Shown here piece by piece: positions 39,924-50,231 of a DNA stretch of 64,000 nt; the first letter of the stretch is position 1; the number at the start of each line of letters is the position of its first letter. Position numbers and translations under genes: made by a program. The DNA lies in contig CABSCZ010000005.1 of the NCBI GenBank assembly GCA_902476365.1, positions 7,009-71,008 of the forward strand, read 5' to 3'. Source of the DNA: an uncultured Prevotella sp. (GTDB lineage Bacteria > Bacteroidota > Bacteroidia > Bacteroidales > Bacteroidaceae). The notes under the pieces were generated by a model. It worked only from the letters and a program-made list of their open reading frames with translations. It was not told the origin of the DNA and ran no database searches.

Positions 39924-40505
39924 ATGAGTGATCAGAGTACATTGGCACAAAAGTTACATGAGGGAGATCTAAAATCTTTTCAAAGGATTTATGAAAACTA
40001 TTATGAAATTTTGTGCCGTTTCGCTTTTCGTTTCACTCAGGATCATGGTTCTGCGGAAGAAATTGTTGATGATGTCATGTTCAGTCTTTGGGATCATCAT
40101 GAGGATGTAGTGATCACGCAAATTAGGCCTTATCTTTTTCGTGCCGTTAGGAATCTCTGTATAAATCATTTGAAATCTGTTGCCGTAAGATTCTATTCTG
40201 CTAAGAATATTTCTATAGACGAAGATGAAAAATTCCTTAATAGCCTTTTCCAGAATGATGAGCACCCCCTTGGTATTCTTTTGGAAAAAGAATTAGAGAT
40301 ACATTTCCAACAGGCTATCCATGAGCTTCCAGCAGAATGTAGACGCGTATTCTTAATGAGTAGATCGGAATGTTTAACTTATGAGGAAATAGCGCAGGAA
40401 CTTGGTATTTCTGTCAATACGGTTAAATACCACATGAAAAATGCTTTGAGAATATTGTCTAAGGAAATGGGACGTTACCTTATTCTATTATTAGCATTGA
40501 TATAA
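39924..40505 (+). CDS. ECF-subfamily RNA polymerase sigma-70 factor (PUL regulator)
   Basis: Sigma-2 (EEIVDDVMFSLW) and sigma-4 HTH (LTYEEIAQELGISVNTVKYHM) are present. It is directly followed by a FecR anti-sigma gene and a SusC with an STN domain. Confidence 0.85.
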   Translation: MSDQSTLAQKLHEGDLKSFQRIYENYYEILCRFAFRFTQDHGSAEEIVDDVMFSLWDHHEDVVITQIRPYLFRAVRNLCINHLKSVAVRFYSAKNISIDEDEKFLNSLFQNDEHPLGILLEKELEIHFQQAIHELPAECRRVFLMSRSECLTYEEIAQELGISVNTVKYHMKNALRILSKEMGRYLILLLALI

Positions 40506-40576
40506 CTTTTTTTTCGTTTTGATAGAAAAAATAAACTGATTGACTACCCATCCTTTTTCTAAACTTGACTATAAGT

Positions 40577-41566
40577 ATGATGACAGGCAATTTTGACATA
40601 GACAAACTTGTCGGCTTTTATCTTGATGGTAGTATCAAGGAAGACGACTTTGAAACGTTGAAGCGATGGACTTCAGCTTCAGAGGAAAACAAATCATATG
40701 TAAGGAACATTATAGAAATGTATTTCTCGCTCATGGTGCAGTCGGATAAAACATATTATAATAAACTGGCTGCATTCAGACGTCTTGAGGATCATATTCA
40801 AGAGACTAAAGCCCAATCTCCTTTCAAATGGAAAATATTCGTTGCAACAATAGCAGCTACTATCCTTTTCTTACTTATACCTTTTACTTTGTATGACCAA
40901 CATCGTCAACATCAAATGAATGATGTTACCACATTAAAGGTTCCTGATGGATCTCAGTTGAGTTGTGTGCTCCCAGATGGGACAAAAATAACATTAAATT
41001 CGGGATCCGAGTTGAGCTATAGCCGTGGTTTCGGTATTGTAAACCGAGATATTAGAATGAAAGGAGAAGGCTATTTTGACGTCGTGCATAAGGAGGATAT
41101 CCCATTTACGATAAATTCTAACTACATGAAGATGACAGACCTTGGTACGAAATTTTATTTTCGTGATTATAGCAATGAGACTCGTATCCGTGTTCGACTT
41201 GTTGATGGTAAGGTTTCTGTGCACAATAATATGATTAAAACAGATGATGTTTTTTTAAATCCAGGTGAGATCTTGATTTTGGATAAGGCAACAGGTAAAA
41301 TAATAACTACAATAGCGAACAAAGTTGCTCAGCAACAAGATGACTTAAACTTGATAGAGTTTGATAATTTGCCTCTTGCGCAAATTGCGGAAATCCTTTC
41401 TCGCATGTATGGCGTGAAGTTAAGTATCGTTCCTACATCTCAAAACAAGAGATTCTATGGGAGTTTTAATAGGAAAACGGATACCTTCCAAGATGTGTTG
41501 GACAATCTCGTTTCTACCAAGCGTTTACATTATAAACGATTAAAAGGTCAATATCTACTCTATTAA
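40577..41566 (+). CDS. FecR-family anti-sigma factor
   Basis: The ORF-track start is TTG at 40565. ATG at 40577 (MMTGNF...). TM segment IFVATIAATILFLLIPF. The C-terminal region resembles a FecR/DUF4974 domain. Confidence 0.8.
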   Translation: MMTGNFDIDKLVGFYLDGSIKEDDFETLKRWTSASEENKSYVRNIIEMYFSLMVQSDKTYYNKLAAFRRLEDHIQETKAQSPFKWKIFVATIAATILFLLIPFTLYDQHRQHQMNDVTTLKVPDGSQLSCVLPDGTKITLNSGSELSYSRGFGIVNRDIRMKGEGYFDVVHKEDIPFTINSNYMKMTDLGTKFYFRDYSNETRIRVRLVDGKVSVHNNMIKTDDVFLNPGEILILDKATGKIITTIANKVAQQQDDLNLIEFDNLPLAQIAEILSRMYGVKLSIVPTSQNKRFYGSFNRKTDTFQDVLDNLVSTKRLHYKRLKGQYLLY

Positions 41567-41754
41567 TGACGTGATCATATCACCATATAATAAGTTTGTA
41601 TAATTCATTAAAAATTTAAAGTCATGGAAAGGAAAAAATTAACGCCAGTTTAGTTTGGCACACTATGGGTACGCAATGGGCACGAATATAATCTTGACTT
41701 GTCATTGCGTAGGATTTATTCACAAAAAAGATAATCTAAAAAAAATGAAAAGCT

Positions 41755-44700
41755 ATGAGTAGATTTAACAAGAAAGTCGCAATAGTGATGTCTTTGTGTC
41801 TTATGTGCAGTCTTGCTTCATTCGCCCAGCATATTACGCTCAATGCAAGCAACATCACCGTTAAACAAGCTATGAATAGATTACAAAGGGCTTCGGGATA
41901 TTCATTCGTTTTTTATAGTTCCGATGTGAACACCTCTAAAAAGGTGAGTATCAATGCAGAAAATGAACCTTTGGCGCAAGTAATAGACCAGATCTTAACC
42001 GGTCAGGACTTAACCTATCAGATTAAGGGAAAATCTATCGTTATCAGTAAAAAGGAGACTTCCCCCCAGTCTTCAACAGCGATAAATCGAAAGGAGAATA
42101 AAAGCTCAAAAGCGGTACAGGGTCGCGTTATCGATTCAAACGGCGATCCTATCATAGGGGCTTCTATAATCATTAAAGGAAGAAAGGCACAGGGTACAAT
42201 AACGGATGCAGAGGGCCATTTCATGCTAACAAATGTTCCGAATAATGGTTCTCTTGAAATCTCTTATGTAGGCTTCTCTACTGTTGAGATTCCGGTTCAT
42301 GGAAAGACCTCATTTGAAATTACCATGAAAGAAGATGCCAAGGAATTGGATGAAGTGGTAGCAATAGGTTATGGTACACAAAGGAAAATAACATTGACTG
42401 GCTCTACCGCCAGTACAACAGGCAAGGCTTTGGAAGCAAATTCTTCTGTTAACCTTTCACAAGGTCTTGCTGGCCGTCTCTCAGGTGTTATCATCAATAA
42501 CCGCTCTGGCGAGCCAGGTAAAGATGATGCAATAATGTACATTCGCGGTCGTAGTACTTTAGGGAATAATAATCCATTGATTATCATTGATGGTATTGCC
42601 GGTCGTGATGCGGAGTTCAGTCGTTTATCTCCTGATGAAATAGAAAGCGTTACTGTCTTGAAAGATGCATCCGCAGCAATTTATGGCTCACGTTCAGCAA
42701 ATGGAGTTATCCTTGTGACTACGAAGAGGGGTACGAATAGTGGCAAGCCGACTATTGACTTTACCTATGATTTGGGACTCCAGCAACCAACTCGTTTGCC
42801 TGATATGGCAGATGCCATTCAATACGCTAAAGCAGTAAATGCTTCTAATGCTATTGATGGGGAAGGTCCACGTTATACAGACGAGGACATCCAAAAATTT
42901 GCAGACGGGAGTGACCCTATTCTTTTTCCTAATACGGATTGGTATGACGAAGTGATTAAAAATTTGTCAATTCAGCATAAGTATGGAGTGACAGCGCGTG
43001 GTGGTACAAGCCGATTTAACTATTTTGCTTCTTTAAATGGGCAGTACCAGGATGGTATCTATCGCAAGAGTGCCACCAATTATAAGCAGTATAATATGCG
43101 CACTAACCTTGATTTTATGATCACAGACTGGTTGAAAATAGGTTTCGATATGTCCGCTCGAGAGCAGCATAAGAACTATTCTGCTTTCCCCAGTGATGAT
43201 TATGGAATTTTTTACGTTACTCAGCGTGCACTTCCTACAGGTGCCCCCTATTATCCTGATGGGCGACTCAGAGGTGGACTGAATCCTGCCATAATGGTAC
43301 AGTCAACCACTGGTTATGACAAGACCACCATTCATTCTCTGAATACAACATTAACAGGAAGCATTGATCTTAACAAATGGGTTAAAGGTCTTACTCTGAC
43401 AGGTCATCTTGCTTATGATAAAAATAATAGTTTTGGCAAGAACTGGAAAACTCCTTGGAATTATTGGACTTATGATGAGGTGTCAAAGACTTTCACAGAG
43501 CAAACTTCAACTTATTGGCCATCCGCCCAGTTGGATGAATCCTATGTAGGTTGGCATCGTTTAACTTTAAATGGTCAGATTAACTATGATCGCGTATTGT
43601 TTAATTCTCATCATGTCAACTTAATGTTTGGCGCAGAACAGAGTGAATACCATCTTGACAGATTCAGTGCTGGCAGATCGCACTTTGGGAGTGATGCTTT
43701 AGATCAGTTGTTCGCAGGTGATGCTGACCATACATACTGGAGCAATACAGGAAGTGCAAATGAAACTGCTCGCCGTTCATTCTTCGGTCGTGTAAACTAT
43801 GATTACCTGAGCAAATATCTCATCTCATTCATCTGCCGTTGGGATGGGTCTGAGAATTTCCCAAAAGGAAAACGATGGGGATTCTTCCCTGGGGTATCTG
43901 CAGGCTGGCGTATTAGTGAGGAAAAATTTGTAAAAGACAAATGGGGAAGTTGGTTGTCTAACCTAAAGTTACGAGCTTCTTATGGTGAACAGGGTAATGA
44001 TAATATTGATCCGTTCCAATATATGACTACGTACAGCTATTCCACCTCTTCTTGGTATAGAACAAATTATATTACTATGCTAAATGGTGCTGATGCCAAT
44101 ATTATCGTCCCAGGTGTGGTTGGTAATCCTGATGTTACGTGGGAAGTTGCCAAGACTTGGAATATAGGCCTTGATGGCGATATTCTCAATGGCTTGTTCA
44201 ATTGGGAAATAGAATTCTTCCATACATCTCGATCAAATATTCTTGTCACCCGTAATGCTTCTGTTCCTTCTTATACTGGTCTGACCTCCTTGCCTGACGA
44301 GAATATCGGTAAAGTTACCAATCATGGATTTGAATTGCAACTGGGTCATCAGAAGCGTATCAATAAGGATTTTCTTTATAGTATAAAAGCTAATTTCCTC
44401 TATGCAAAGAATAAAATTGTTTACATGGATGAAACTCCATGGGGTGATGGTCATGAGTATTTAAATGCTACGGGACATCCGATGGGATCCCATCTCTATT
44501 ATCATGTCATTGGAATTAATAAAACACAGGATGACCTGACAAAATATCCCCAGATCTCTGGTGCCACATTGGGAGAATTCATTTATGAAGATATCGATGG
44601 AGATGGAAAGATCACCTCTTACGACCGAAAACGTGATGACTTAACAGCAGTTCCTCAGATCGTCTTTGGTACCACTTTCAACGCTCAATGGAAAAACTTT

Positions 44701-45102
44701 GATATTACAATGCTGTTGCAAGGGCAGGCACGTGCACATTTCTATGATGCTCCTTTGATCGACTGGCGCTCAAGCAACATCTATGCAAAGGCTGCAAAGA
44801 AAGCTTGGACTCTGGATCGTCCTGATTCTAATTATCCACGTATTGGACAGAGACATGGCAGTGCAGACTATTGGGCTAAGAACGCATCTTTTATCCGTCT
44901 GAAAAATGTAGAAATAGGCTATACATTGCCGAAGACATGGCTGGCACCTATAGGCGTAACAGCATGCCGCATTTATGTTGCGGGTTATAATCTGCTCACC
45001 TTTAGCGGACTTAAGGATGTCGATCCAGAGAATAGTGATGAAGAAACTCAAACTTATCCTCAGACTCGTGTATATAATTTTGGTGTTAAAATAACTTTCT
45101 AA
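41755..45102 (+). CDS. SusC/RagA-family TonB-dependent transporter with N-terminal STN (trans-envelope signalling) extension
   Basis: 1115 aa with a signal peptide. The STN-like segment (ITVKQAMNRLQRASGYSFVF...VIDQILTGQDLTYQIKGKSIVISKK) precedes the carboxypeptidase-regulatory-like domain and plug. C-terminal ...FGVKITF. Confidence 0.9.
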   Translation: MSRFNKKVAIVMSLCLMCSLASFAQHITLNASNITVKQAMNRLQRASGYSFVFYSSDVNTSKKVSINAENEPLAQVIDQILTGQDLTYQIKGKSIVISKKETSPQSSTAINRKENKSSKAVQGRVIDSNGDPIIGASIIIKGRKAQGTITDAEGHFMLTNVPNNGSLEISYVGFSTVEIPVHGKTSFEITMKEDAKELDEVVAIGYGTQRKITLTGSTASTTGKALEANSSVNLSQGLAGRLSGVIINNRSGEPGKDDAIMYIRGRSTLGNNNPLIIIDGIAGRDAEFSRLSPDEIESVTVLKDASAAIYGSRSANGVILVTTKRGTNSGKPTIDFTYDLGLQQPTRLPDMADAIQYAKAVNASNAIDGEGPRYTDEDIQKFADGSDPILFPNTDWYDEVIKNLSIQHKYGVTARGGTSRFNYFASLNGQYQDGIYRKSATNYKQYNMRTNLDFMITDWLKIGFDMSAREQHKNYSAFPSDDYGIFYVTQRALPTGAPYYPDGRLRGGLNPAIMVQSTTGYDKTTIHSLNTTLTGSIDLNKWVKGLTLTGHLAYDKNNSFGKNWKTPWNYWTYDEVSKTFTEQTSTYWPSAQLDESYVGWHRLTLNGQINYDRVLFNSHHVNLMFGAEQSEYHLDRFSAGRSHFGSDALDQLFAGDADHTYWSNTGSANETARRSFFGRVNYDYLSKYLISFICRWDGSENFPKGKRWGFFPGVSAGWRISEEKFVKDKWGSWLSNLKLRASYGEQGNDNIDPFQYMTTYSYSTSSWYRTNYITMLNGADANIIVPGVVGNPDVTWEVAKTWNIGLDGDILNGLFNWEIEFFHTSRSNILVTRNASVPSYTGLTSLPDENIGKVTNHGFELQLGHQKRINKDFLYSIKANFLYAKNKIVYMDETPWGDGHEYLNATGHPMGSHLYYHVIGINKTQDDLTKYPQISGATLGEFIYEDIDGDGKITSYDRKRDDLTAVPQIVFGTTFNAQWKNFDITMLLQGQARAHFYDAPLIDWRSSNIYAKAAKKAWTLDRPDSNYPRIGQRHGSADYWAKNASFIRLKNVEIGYTLPKTWLAPIGVTACRIYVAGYNLLTFSGLKDVDPENSDEETQTYPQTRVYNFGVKITF

Positions 45103-45114
45103 AGAATTTGCCTT

Positions 45115-46935
45115 ATGAAAAGATATATTTTGCTATGTAGTGTCGTTGTTGCTTTCTTGTTCAGTGCGTGTTCTGATGAGTTCCTGGACAAGAAGCCGTT
45201 AACAACATTGTCAGAAGATGATGTGTTTTCAAATGCAGCTTTATTGGAAGATTATGTGAACAGTTTCTATACTGTTGTCCCTGATCCATTTACAGAAGGC
45301 AATATTGCAGCAATCACAGATGAGGCTTTCTTCCGTTATGGTGGTTCTTCAACTAATTTTGTTGAAAGAGGGCAGATGACCCCAGATAAAGTTATGTATG
45401 ACTACGAAGGCGGATATTCTCATAACAGTAGGACTACGTTCTTAAATATTTGGAACCGCGCTTATACCGGAATCCGAAACATGAATCATGTGCTGTCTCG
45501 TATTGATGATTGTACCTTCCTTACTGAAGAAAAGAAAAGGCAGCTAAAAGGGGAGACATATTTTTTCCGCGCATGGGCGTATGGGAATCTTGTTGAACGC
45601 TTTGGAGGTGTACCCTTAATAACTAAACTTTATCAAGTGCAGGATACCTTTGGCGTCAAGCGTAGTACAATTGATGAATGCACAGAGTTTATCCTAAATG
45701 ATCTTCATGCCGCAGAAAGTCTGTTAGTTGACAAATCTACAGAACTTGGACGTGTTAGTAAGGATGTTTGCTTAGCTTATGAGTCACGTTACACCCTGAT
45801 GGTTGCCAGGAAGTTCTTTAATGACCCAGATAACCCTTCCGATAATTTTGTACATGGGAGGTATGACAAGGCAAAATGGACCCGTGCCTTGAATGCTGCC
45901 AAGGCAATTGTAGAACGTGCCGATAAGGATGGCGCATATTCGTTAAGCACTTATGACGATTATTGGAAGAATGTAAATTGTCCGGAAGTAATTTGGGGAA
46001 AATTCTTCTCTACAACTGCAGGCGATAAAGCTCAATTATACTATTCTCCAACATATTTTAATGGTTGGACATCTTGTGAGCCATGCGAAGCTTTAATGTT
46101 AGACTATGAAATGGCAGCAACTGGCTTGAAGCCTTTTGAAGAAGGCTCAGGATATGACCCACATAAGCCGTGGATGGGTCGTGATCCCCGTTTCTATAAG
46201 ACGATCTTGTATTCTGATTGCATATTCCGTGATTCAGTTTTCGATAATCATTATTATATTGATCAAAATGGTAAACGTATTGCAAGAGGTTTATTTTGGA
46301 GAAACGAGAGCGACGATACTGGATATGGTCTCAGAAAATGGCATATAGAAAATGCAGATATCTCAGAGACAGAAAATACCACGATTATGTTTCCATGGAT
46401 CCGTCTTGCAGAAATGTACCTAAATTATGCAGAGGCAGCTTATGAATGTGGTGATGAAGTCACATGCCGTAAGTATTTGAACAAAGTTCGTTCACGATCT
46501 GATGTTCAGATGCCTCCTGTTACGGATACAGGAACCTCCTTGTTTGATAGAATTGTCAATGAACGAAGAGTGGAACTCGCATTTGAACCCTTCAGATATT
46601 TTGATCTACGTCAATGGAAACTGGCACCTTTTTATGAGAACATTCCTGCAATGGGTTGTGTCGTGATAGAATACCCCGACCATTCTCTACAATATCGTAT
46701 TGCCCAAGTAAAAGGAGCCGAAACTAAGGAAAATATTGGGACTAATTGGGTTTATCAGCCTGGATATACCTACGACTATTCGTATAGAGGGAAGACCTAT
46801 ACCATAGATTACGGCTATTGCCACAGTATGCAGGGGACTCAGAAAAAGTTTACCAATAAACAATATCTCTATCCTATTCCTCAAAATGAAATAACAAAGA
46901 GTGAGGGTAGTTTGGAGCAAAATCCTGATTATTAA
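45115..46935 (+). CDS. SusD/RagB-family nutrient-binding lipoprotein
   Basis: Lipoprotein signal MKRYILLCSVVVAFLFSACSD. Typical SusD-like length; begins 13 nt after SusC. Confidence 0.85.
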   Translation: MKRYILLCSVVVAFLFSACSDEFLDKKPLTTLSEDDVFSNAALLEDYVNSFYTVVPDPFTEGNIAAITDEAFFRYGGSSTNFVERGQMTPDKVMYDYEGGYSHNSRTTFLNIWNRAYTGIRNMNHVLSRIDDCTFLTEEKKRQLKGETYFFRAWAYGNLVERFGGVPLITKLYQVQDTFGVKRSTIDECTEFILNDLHAAESLLVDKSTELGRVSKDVCLAYESRYTLMVARKFFNDPDNPSDNFVHGRYDKAKWTRALNAAKAIVERADKDGAYSLSTYDDYWKNVNCPEVIWGKFFSTTAGDKAQLYYSPTYFNGWTSCEPCEALMLDYEMAATGLKPFEEGSGYDPHKPWMGRDPRFYKTILYSDCIFRDSVFDNHYYIDQNGKRIARGLFWRNESDDTGYGLRKWHIENADISETENTTIMFPWIRLAEMYLNYAEAAYECGDEVTCRKYLNKVRSRSDVQMPPVTDTGTSLFDRIVNERRVELAFEPFRYFDLRQWKLAPFYENIPAMGCVVIEYPDHSLQYRIAQVKGAETKENIGTNWVYQPGYTYDYSYRGKTYTIDYGYCHSMQGTQKKFTNKQYLYPIPQNEITKSEGSLEQNPDY

Positions 46936-47006
46936 GTTTCAATAGTGGGGATAGGTAGATTCTTTGCCTGTCCCCATGTATCCAACATCAATTCTATTAT
47001 AAGCAT

Positions 47007-48368
47007 ATGACGAATATTTTAAAAATAAGTTTCAGTTTCGCTTTTCTTTTTATATTTTATATACTGCCTGCTCAAGGTAAGAATATGTTCTCTTGTAATA
47101 TCGGGATTGCGGACATCACGCCAGAAGATCATGTCGTCTTAGCTGGATTTGCAGCTAGGAAAGGACTCTCCACATCTGTCCAAACCCATCTGTATAGTCA
47201 TTGTCTTGTCATCCGTAGTCCTAAAGGTGAAAAGGTATGTATCATTACAAATGATATGATGGAACTAGACATAGATGAGACTTCTGACATGCGTGAATCC
47301 ATTTCATCTCAAACAGGTCTTCCTTTGGATCATATTTTTATGCATAATATTCATACGCATTCTGCTCCTAGGACGGGAGGATCCAGTGCTGTTCCTGGTG
47401 GTAGTAACTATAAATATTCCATTACGTATGACAAGATAATAGTAAATAATGCGGTCAAGACCATCAAAGATGAAAATGGCTACAAACAATTTTTCTTAGA
47501 GTTTGGAAATACGACCTGTGCCATCAATATGAACCGAGGAGAAAAAAATGGACCATGTACCCACGAAGTATATGTCTTAAGATTAATAGGCCTGGATAAC
47601 AAGCCCATTGTTTCTTTGGTCAATTATTGTTGCCATCCGGTATGCTTAGGCCCAGGGAGCCATGTGGTTTCAGCTGATTTCCCTGGATATGAGACTAAAT
47701 TTTTGAAAGAGTCATGGGGTGGAGAGGTCTTTCATCTTACTTCTGCTTCAGGAAATGTGGATCCTATTGGTGGACCCAAAAGTGACACATTGAATTCTTA
47801 TAAAAAAGGGAAGATGATGGCGGATTCCATTCTCCTAAAAATGAAATTTCACAAAATTAAAATGAATAAGGAATTCAAAGTTTGCTGTATGGAGGCACGC
47901 CTTCCTTTCCGTATCAATCATATAACGCCTGATTCCATCATGAGATTTGCACAATCCATTATTGATAATCCAGTAGAAGTTTCCCCAACATGGAAGCGAG
48001 ATGTCTTAAATTGGAGCCACCAGATGGTTGAGCGATATAAATCAGGGAAAATCCATGACTATTTACCAGTAGAGATTGCTGCTGTAAATATTGGAGGGTT
48101 CCCAATACTTTTCACGCAAGGAGAACCTTTTAATGAATATGACGTACAGTTGCGCAGGGAGATCAACAAACCTATGTTGTTCGTCGCCTATACGAACGGT
48201 CAGAATTCTTATTTACCGAGTGCTCATGCTTATCTTACGCCATATTATGCTTATGAAAAAGACCAAATGTTCGTCTATGTCAAGTCTCCATATCCGTTGT
48301 CAGATAAGTTCCCTAAAGTCTATTCCAAGGCATTATATGATATCGTAGAAAAGTCTTTGAAAAAGTAA
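47007..48368 (+). CDS. neutral/alkaline non-lysosomal ceramidase-family (N-acyl amidase) protein, secreted
   Basis: Signal peptide present. The N-terminal signature GIADITPEDHVVLAGFAARKG...THLYSHCLVI resembles the neutral-ceramidase pattern (DITP...MxGYA...HxRLxARAxV). Confidence 0.5.
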   Translation: MTNILKISFSFAFLFIFYILPAQGKNMFSCNIGIADITPEDHVVLAGFAARKGLSTSVQTHLYSHCLVIRSPKGEKVCIITNDMMELDIDETSDMRESISSQTGLPLDHIFMHNIHTHSAPRTGGSSAVPGGSNYKYSITYDKIIVNNAVKTIKDENGYKQFFLEFGNTTCAINMNRGEKNGPCTHEVYVLRLIGLDNKPIVSLVNYCCHPVCLGPGSHVVSADFPGYETKFLKESWGGEVFHLTSASGNVDPIGGPKSDTLNSYKKGKMMADSILLKMKFHKIKMNKEFKVCCMEARLPFRINHITPDSIMRFAQSIIDNPVEVSPTWKRDVLNWSHQMVERYKSGKIHDYLPVEIAAVNIGGFPILFTQGEPFNEYDVQLRREINKPMLFVAYTNGQNSYLPSAHAYLTPYYAYEKDQMFVYVKSPYPLSDKFPKVYSKALYDIVEKSLKK

Positions 48369-48380
48369 AGTCAAATAATT

Positions 48381-50225
48381 ATGAAAGTTATTTTCGTGAA
48401 AACTATGTCTCTAATAGGGTTAATGTTTCTGACCCTTAATATACATGCTCAACGTTATGGGATCATTCCCAAGCCGAAGACTTTGATAGAGGAGCAGGGA
48501 GCTTTCAAATTGGATCCCTCAACTGTGATCTGTGTAAGTTGTCAGGATTCTGATTTTATAAATGTTGCGCAGAACTTTGCACATCAGCTAAGAACGGTAT
48601 CTGGTTATCATATTCAAGTAAAGACTTCCGACATCAATCCATCAGTTCAACAGATCGTTTTCATAAAAAAGCTTGGCATGGATAAAGAAGCTTATCAACT
48701 CACCATTGAGAAGAAGAAAATTTCCATCATAGCTACCGCACCCAATGGCGCTTTTTATGGTGTGCAAAGTCTATGTCAATTGCTGCCAGCAGAGATCTAT
48801 GGTAAGAAAGTAAATCGAAAAGTCAAATGGACAGTACCATGCTGTAAAATACAAGATGAGCCTCGGTTCTCTTATAGAGGAATGATGCTTGATTGTGGTA
48901 GGTACTTCATGCCAAAAGATTTTATCTTTAAATTTATAGATCTATTATCCATGCACAAGCAAAATATATTCCATTGGCATCTTACTGATGACCAAGGATG
49001 GAGAATAGAGATAAAGAAATATCCAAAGTTGACGACAATAGGAGCTTGGCGGTCTGAGACTGGTGGATACAATAGTACGCAAGGAGATGGGAAGCCTCAT
49101 GGAGGTTATTATAGCCAAGATGATATTAAGGAAATTGTAGAGTATGCACGTCAGCGCTATGTGACAGTGGTTCCGGAAATAGAGTTACCAGGGCATGCTA
49201 CTGCAGCTTTGGCTTCTTATCCAGAATTGGCAGTTTTTCCTAAACGTCAGTACAAAGTGGCTACGAGTTGGGGTATAAAAAAAGACATCATGTCCCCTAC
49301 AGTTTATACATTTCAATTTTTAGAGGACGTTTTTAAAGAATTGTTGCCACTGTTTCCTTCCCCATATTATAGTATTGGAGGCGATGAATGTCCACGAGAT
49401 CAGTGGAAAGAGAGCGAATATTGTAGAAATTTAATGAAGGTTTTGGGTACTGACAATGCAGGAGATCTGCAAACTCTTTTCGTACAGCACATGACAAAAT
49501 TCCTTGAAAAGGAAGGAAAAAGAGTGATAGGCTGGGATGATATTTTGGACGATGGTGCTGTACCCTCAACTATCGCACTATCCTATCGTGGTCATGCCCC
49601 TGCAGTTAAAGCTGTTTGGCGGAATATGAATGCCGTGATGTGCCCTAACAGATGGTGCTATTTTGATTATTACCAGGAAGATCCTGAAAAGGAGCCAAAA
49701 GCTCAAGGGCTTTTCTTGCCACTTCATAAAGTTTATGATTATTTCCCTATTGGAGATACTCTTTCTTCAAGCCGATATAAGTATATTTTGGGCGTGCAGG
49801 GATGTATTTGGACAGAATTCATCCAAAATCCTAAACGAGTGGAGTATATGGGATTTCCTCGTGCCATAGCTCTCGCCGAAGTTGGATGGTGCGATAGAAA
49901 TAATAAAGATTGGAATAGTTTCTGCAAACGGATGGGAAAAGAATTCGCACGTCTTGACCAAAAAGATGTAGCCTACAGTAAAGCTTTCTATCATGTACTG
50001 TTCAACTATGATAGAAATGAAGTGAAGTATCCAAAGTCTGTAGAGCTAACATTAGATGACCCTGATACAGAAATCCATTATACATTGGATGGTACGTGTC
50101 CTACGAGACATTCCCCCATTTACAAGTCAGCATTGTCAGTTAACAAGGGTGATTACATCCGTGCACGTGGATTTAAGCAAACAGGTGAGGCTGTTGGCAT
50201 AGAAGTAGAAAAACACTTTAAATAA
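48381..50225 (+). CDS. GH20 beta-N-acetylhexosaminidase, secreted
   Basis: GH20 motifs FSYRGMMLDCGRYF, IFHWHLTDDQGWRIE and catalytic GGDE are present, with a signal peptide. Confidence 0.9.
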   Translation: MKVIFVKTMSLIGLMFLTLNIHAQRYGIIPKPKTLIEEQGAFKLDPSTVICVSCQDSDFINVAQNFAHQLRTVSGYHIQVKTSDINPSVQQIVFIKKLGMDKEAYQLTIEKKKISIIATAPNGAFYGVQSLCQLLPAEIYGKKVNRKVKWTVPCCKIQDEPRFSYRGMMLDCGRYFMPKDFIFKFIDLLSMHKQNIFHWHLTDDQGWRIEIKKYPKLTTIGAWRSETGGYNSTQGDGKPHGGYYSQDDIKEIVEYARQRYVTVVPEIELPGHATAALASYPELAVFPKRQYKVATSWGIKKDIMSPTVYTFQFLEDVFKELLPLFPSPYYSIGGDECPRDQWKESEYCRNLMKVLGTDNAGDLQTLFVQHMTKFLEKEGKRVIGWDDILDDGAVPSTIALSYRGHAPAVKAVWRNMNAVMCPNRWCYFDYYQEDPEKEPKAQGLFLPLHKVYDYFPIGDTLSSSRYKYILGVQGCIWTEFIQNPKRVEYMGFPRAIALAEVGWCDRNNKDWNSFCKRMGKEFARLDQKDVAYSKAFYHVLFNYDRNEVKYPKSVELTLDDPDTEIHYTLDGTCPTRHSPIYKSALSVNKGDYIRARGFKQTGEAVGIEVEKHFK

Positions 50226-50231
50226 AAAGAA

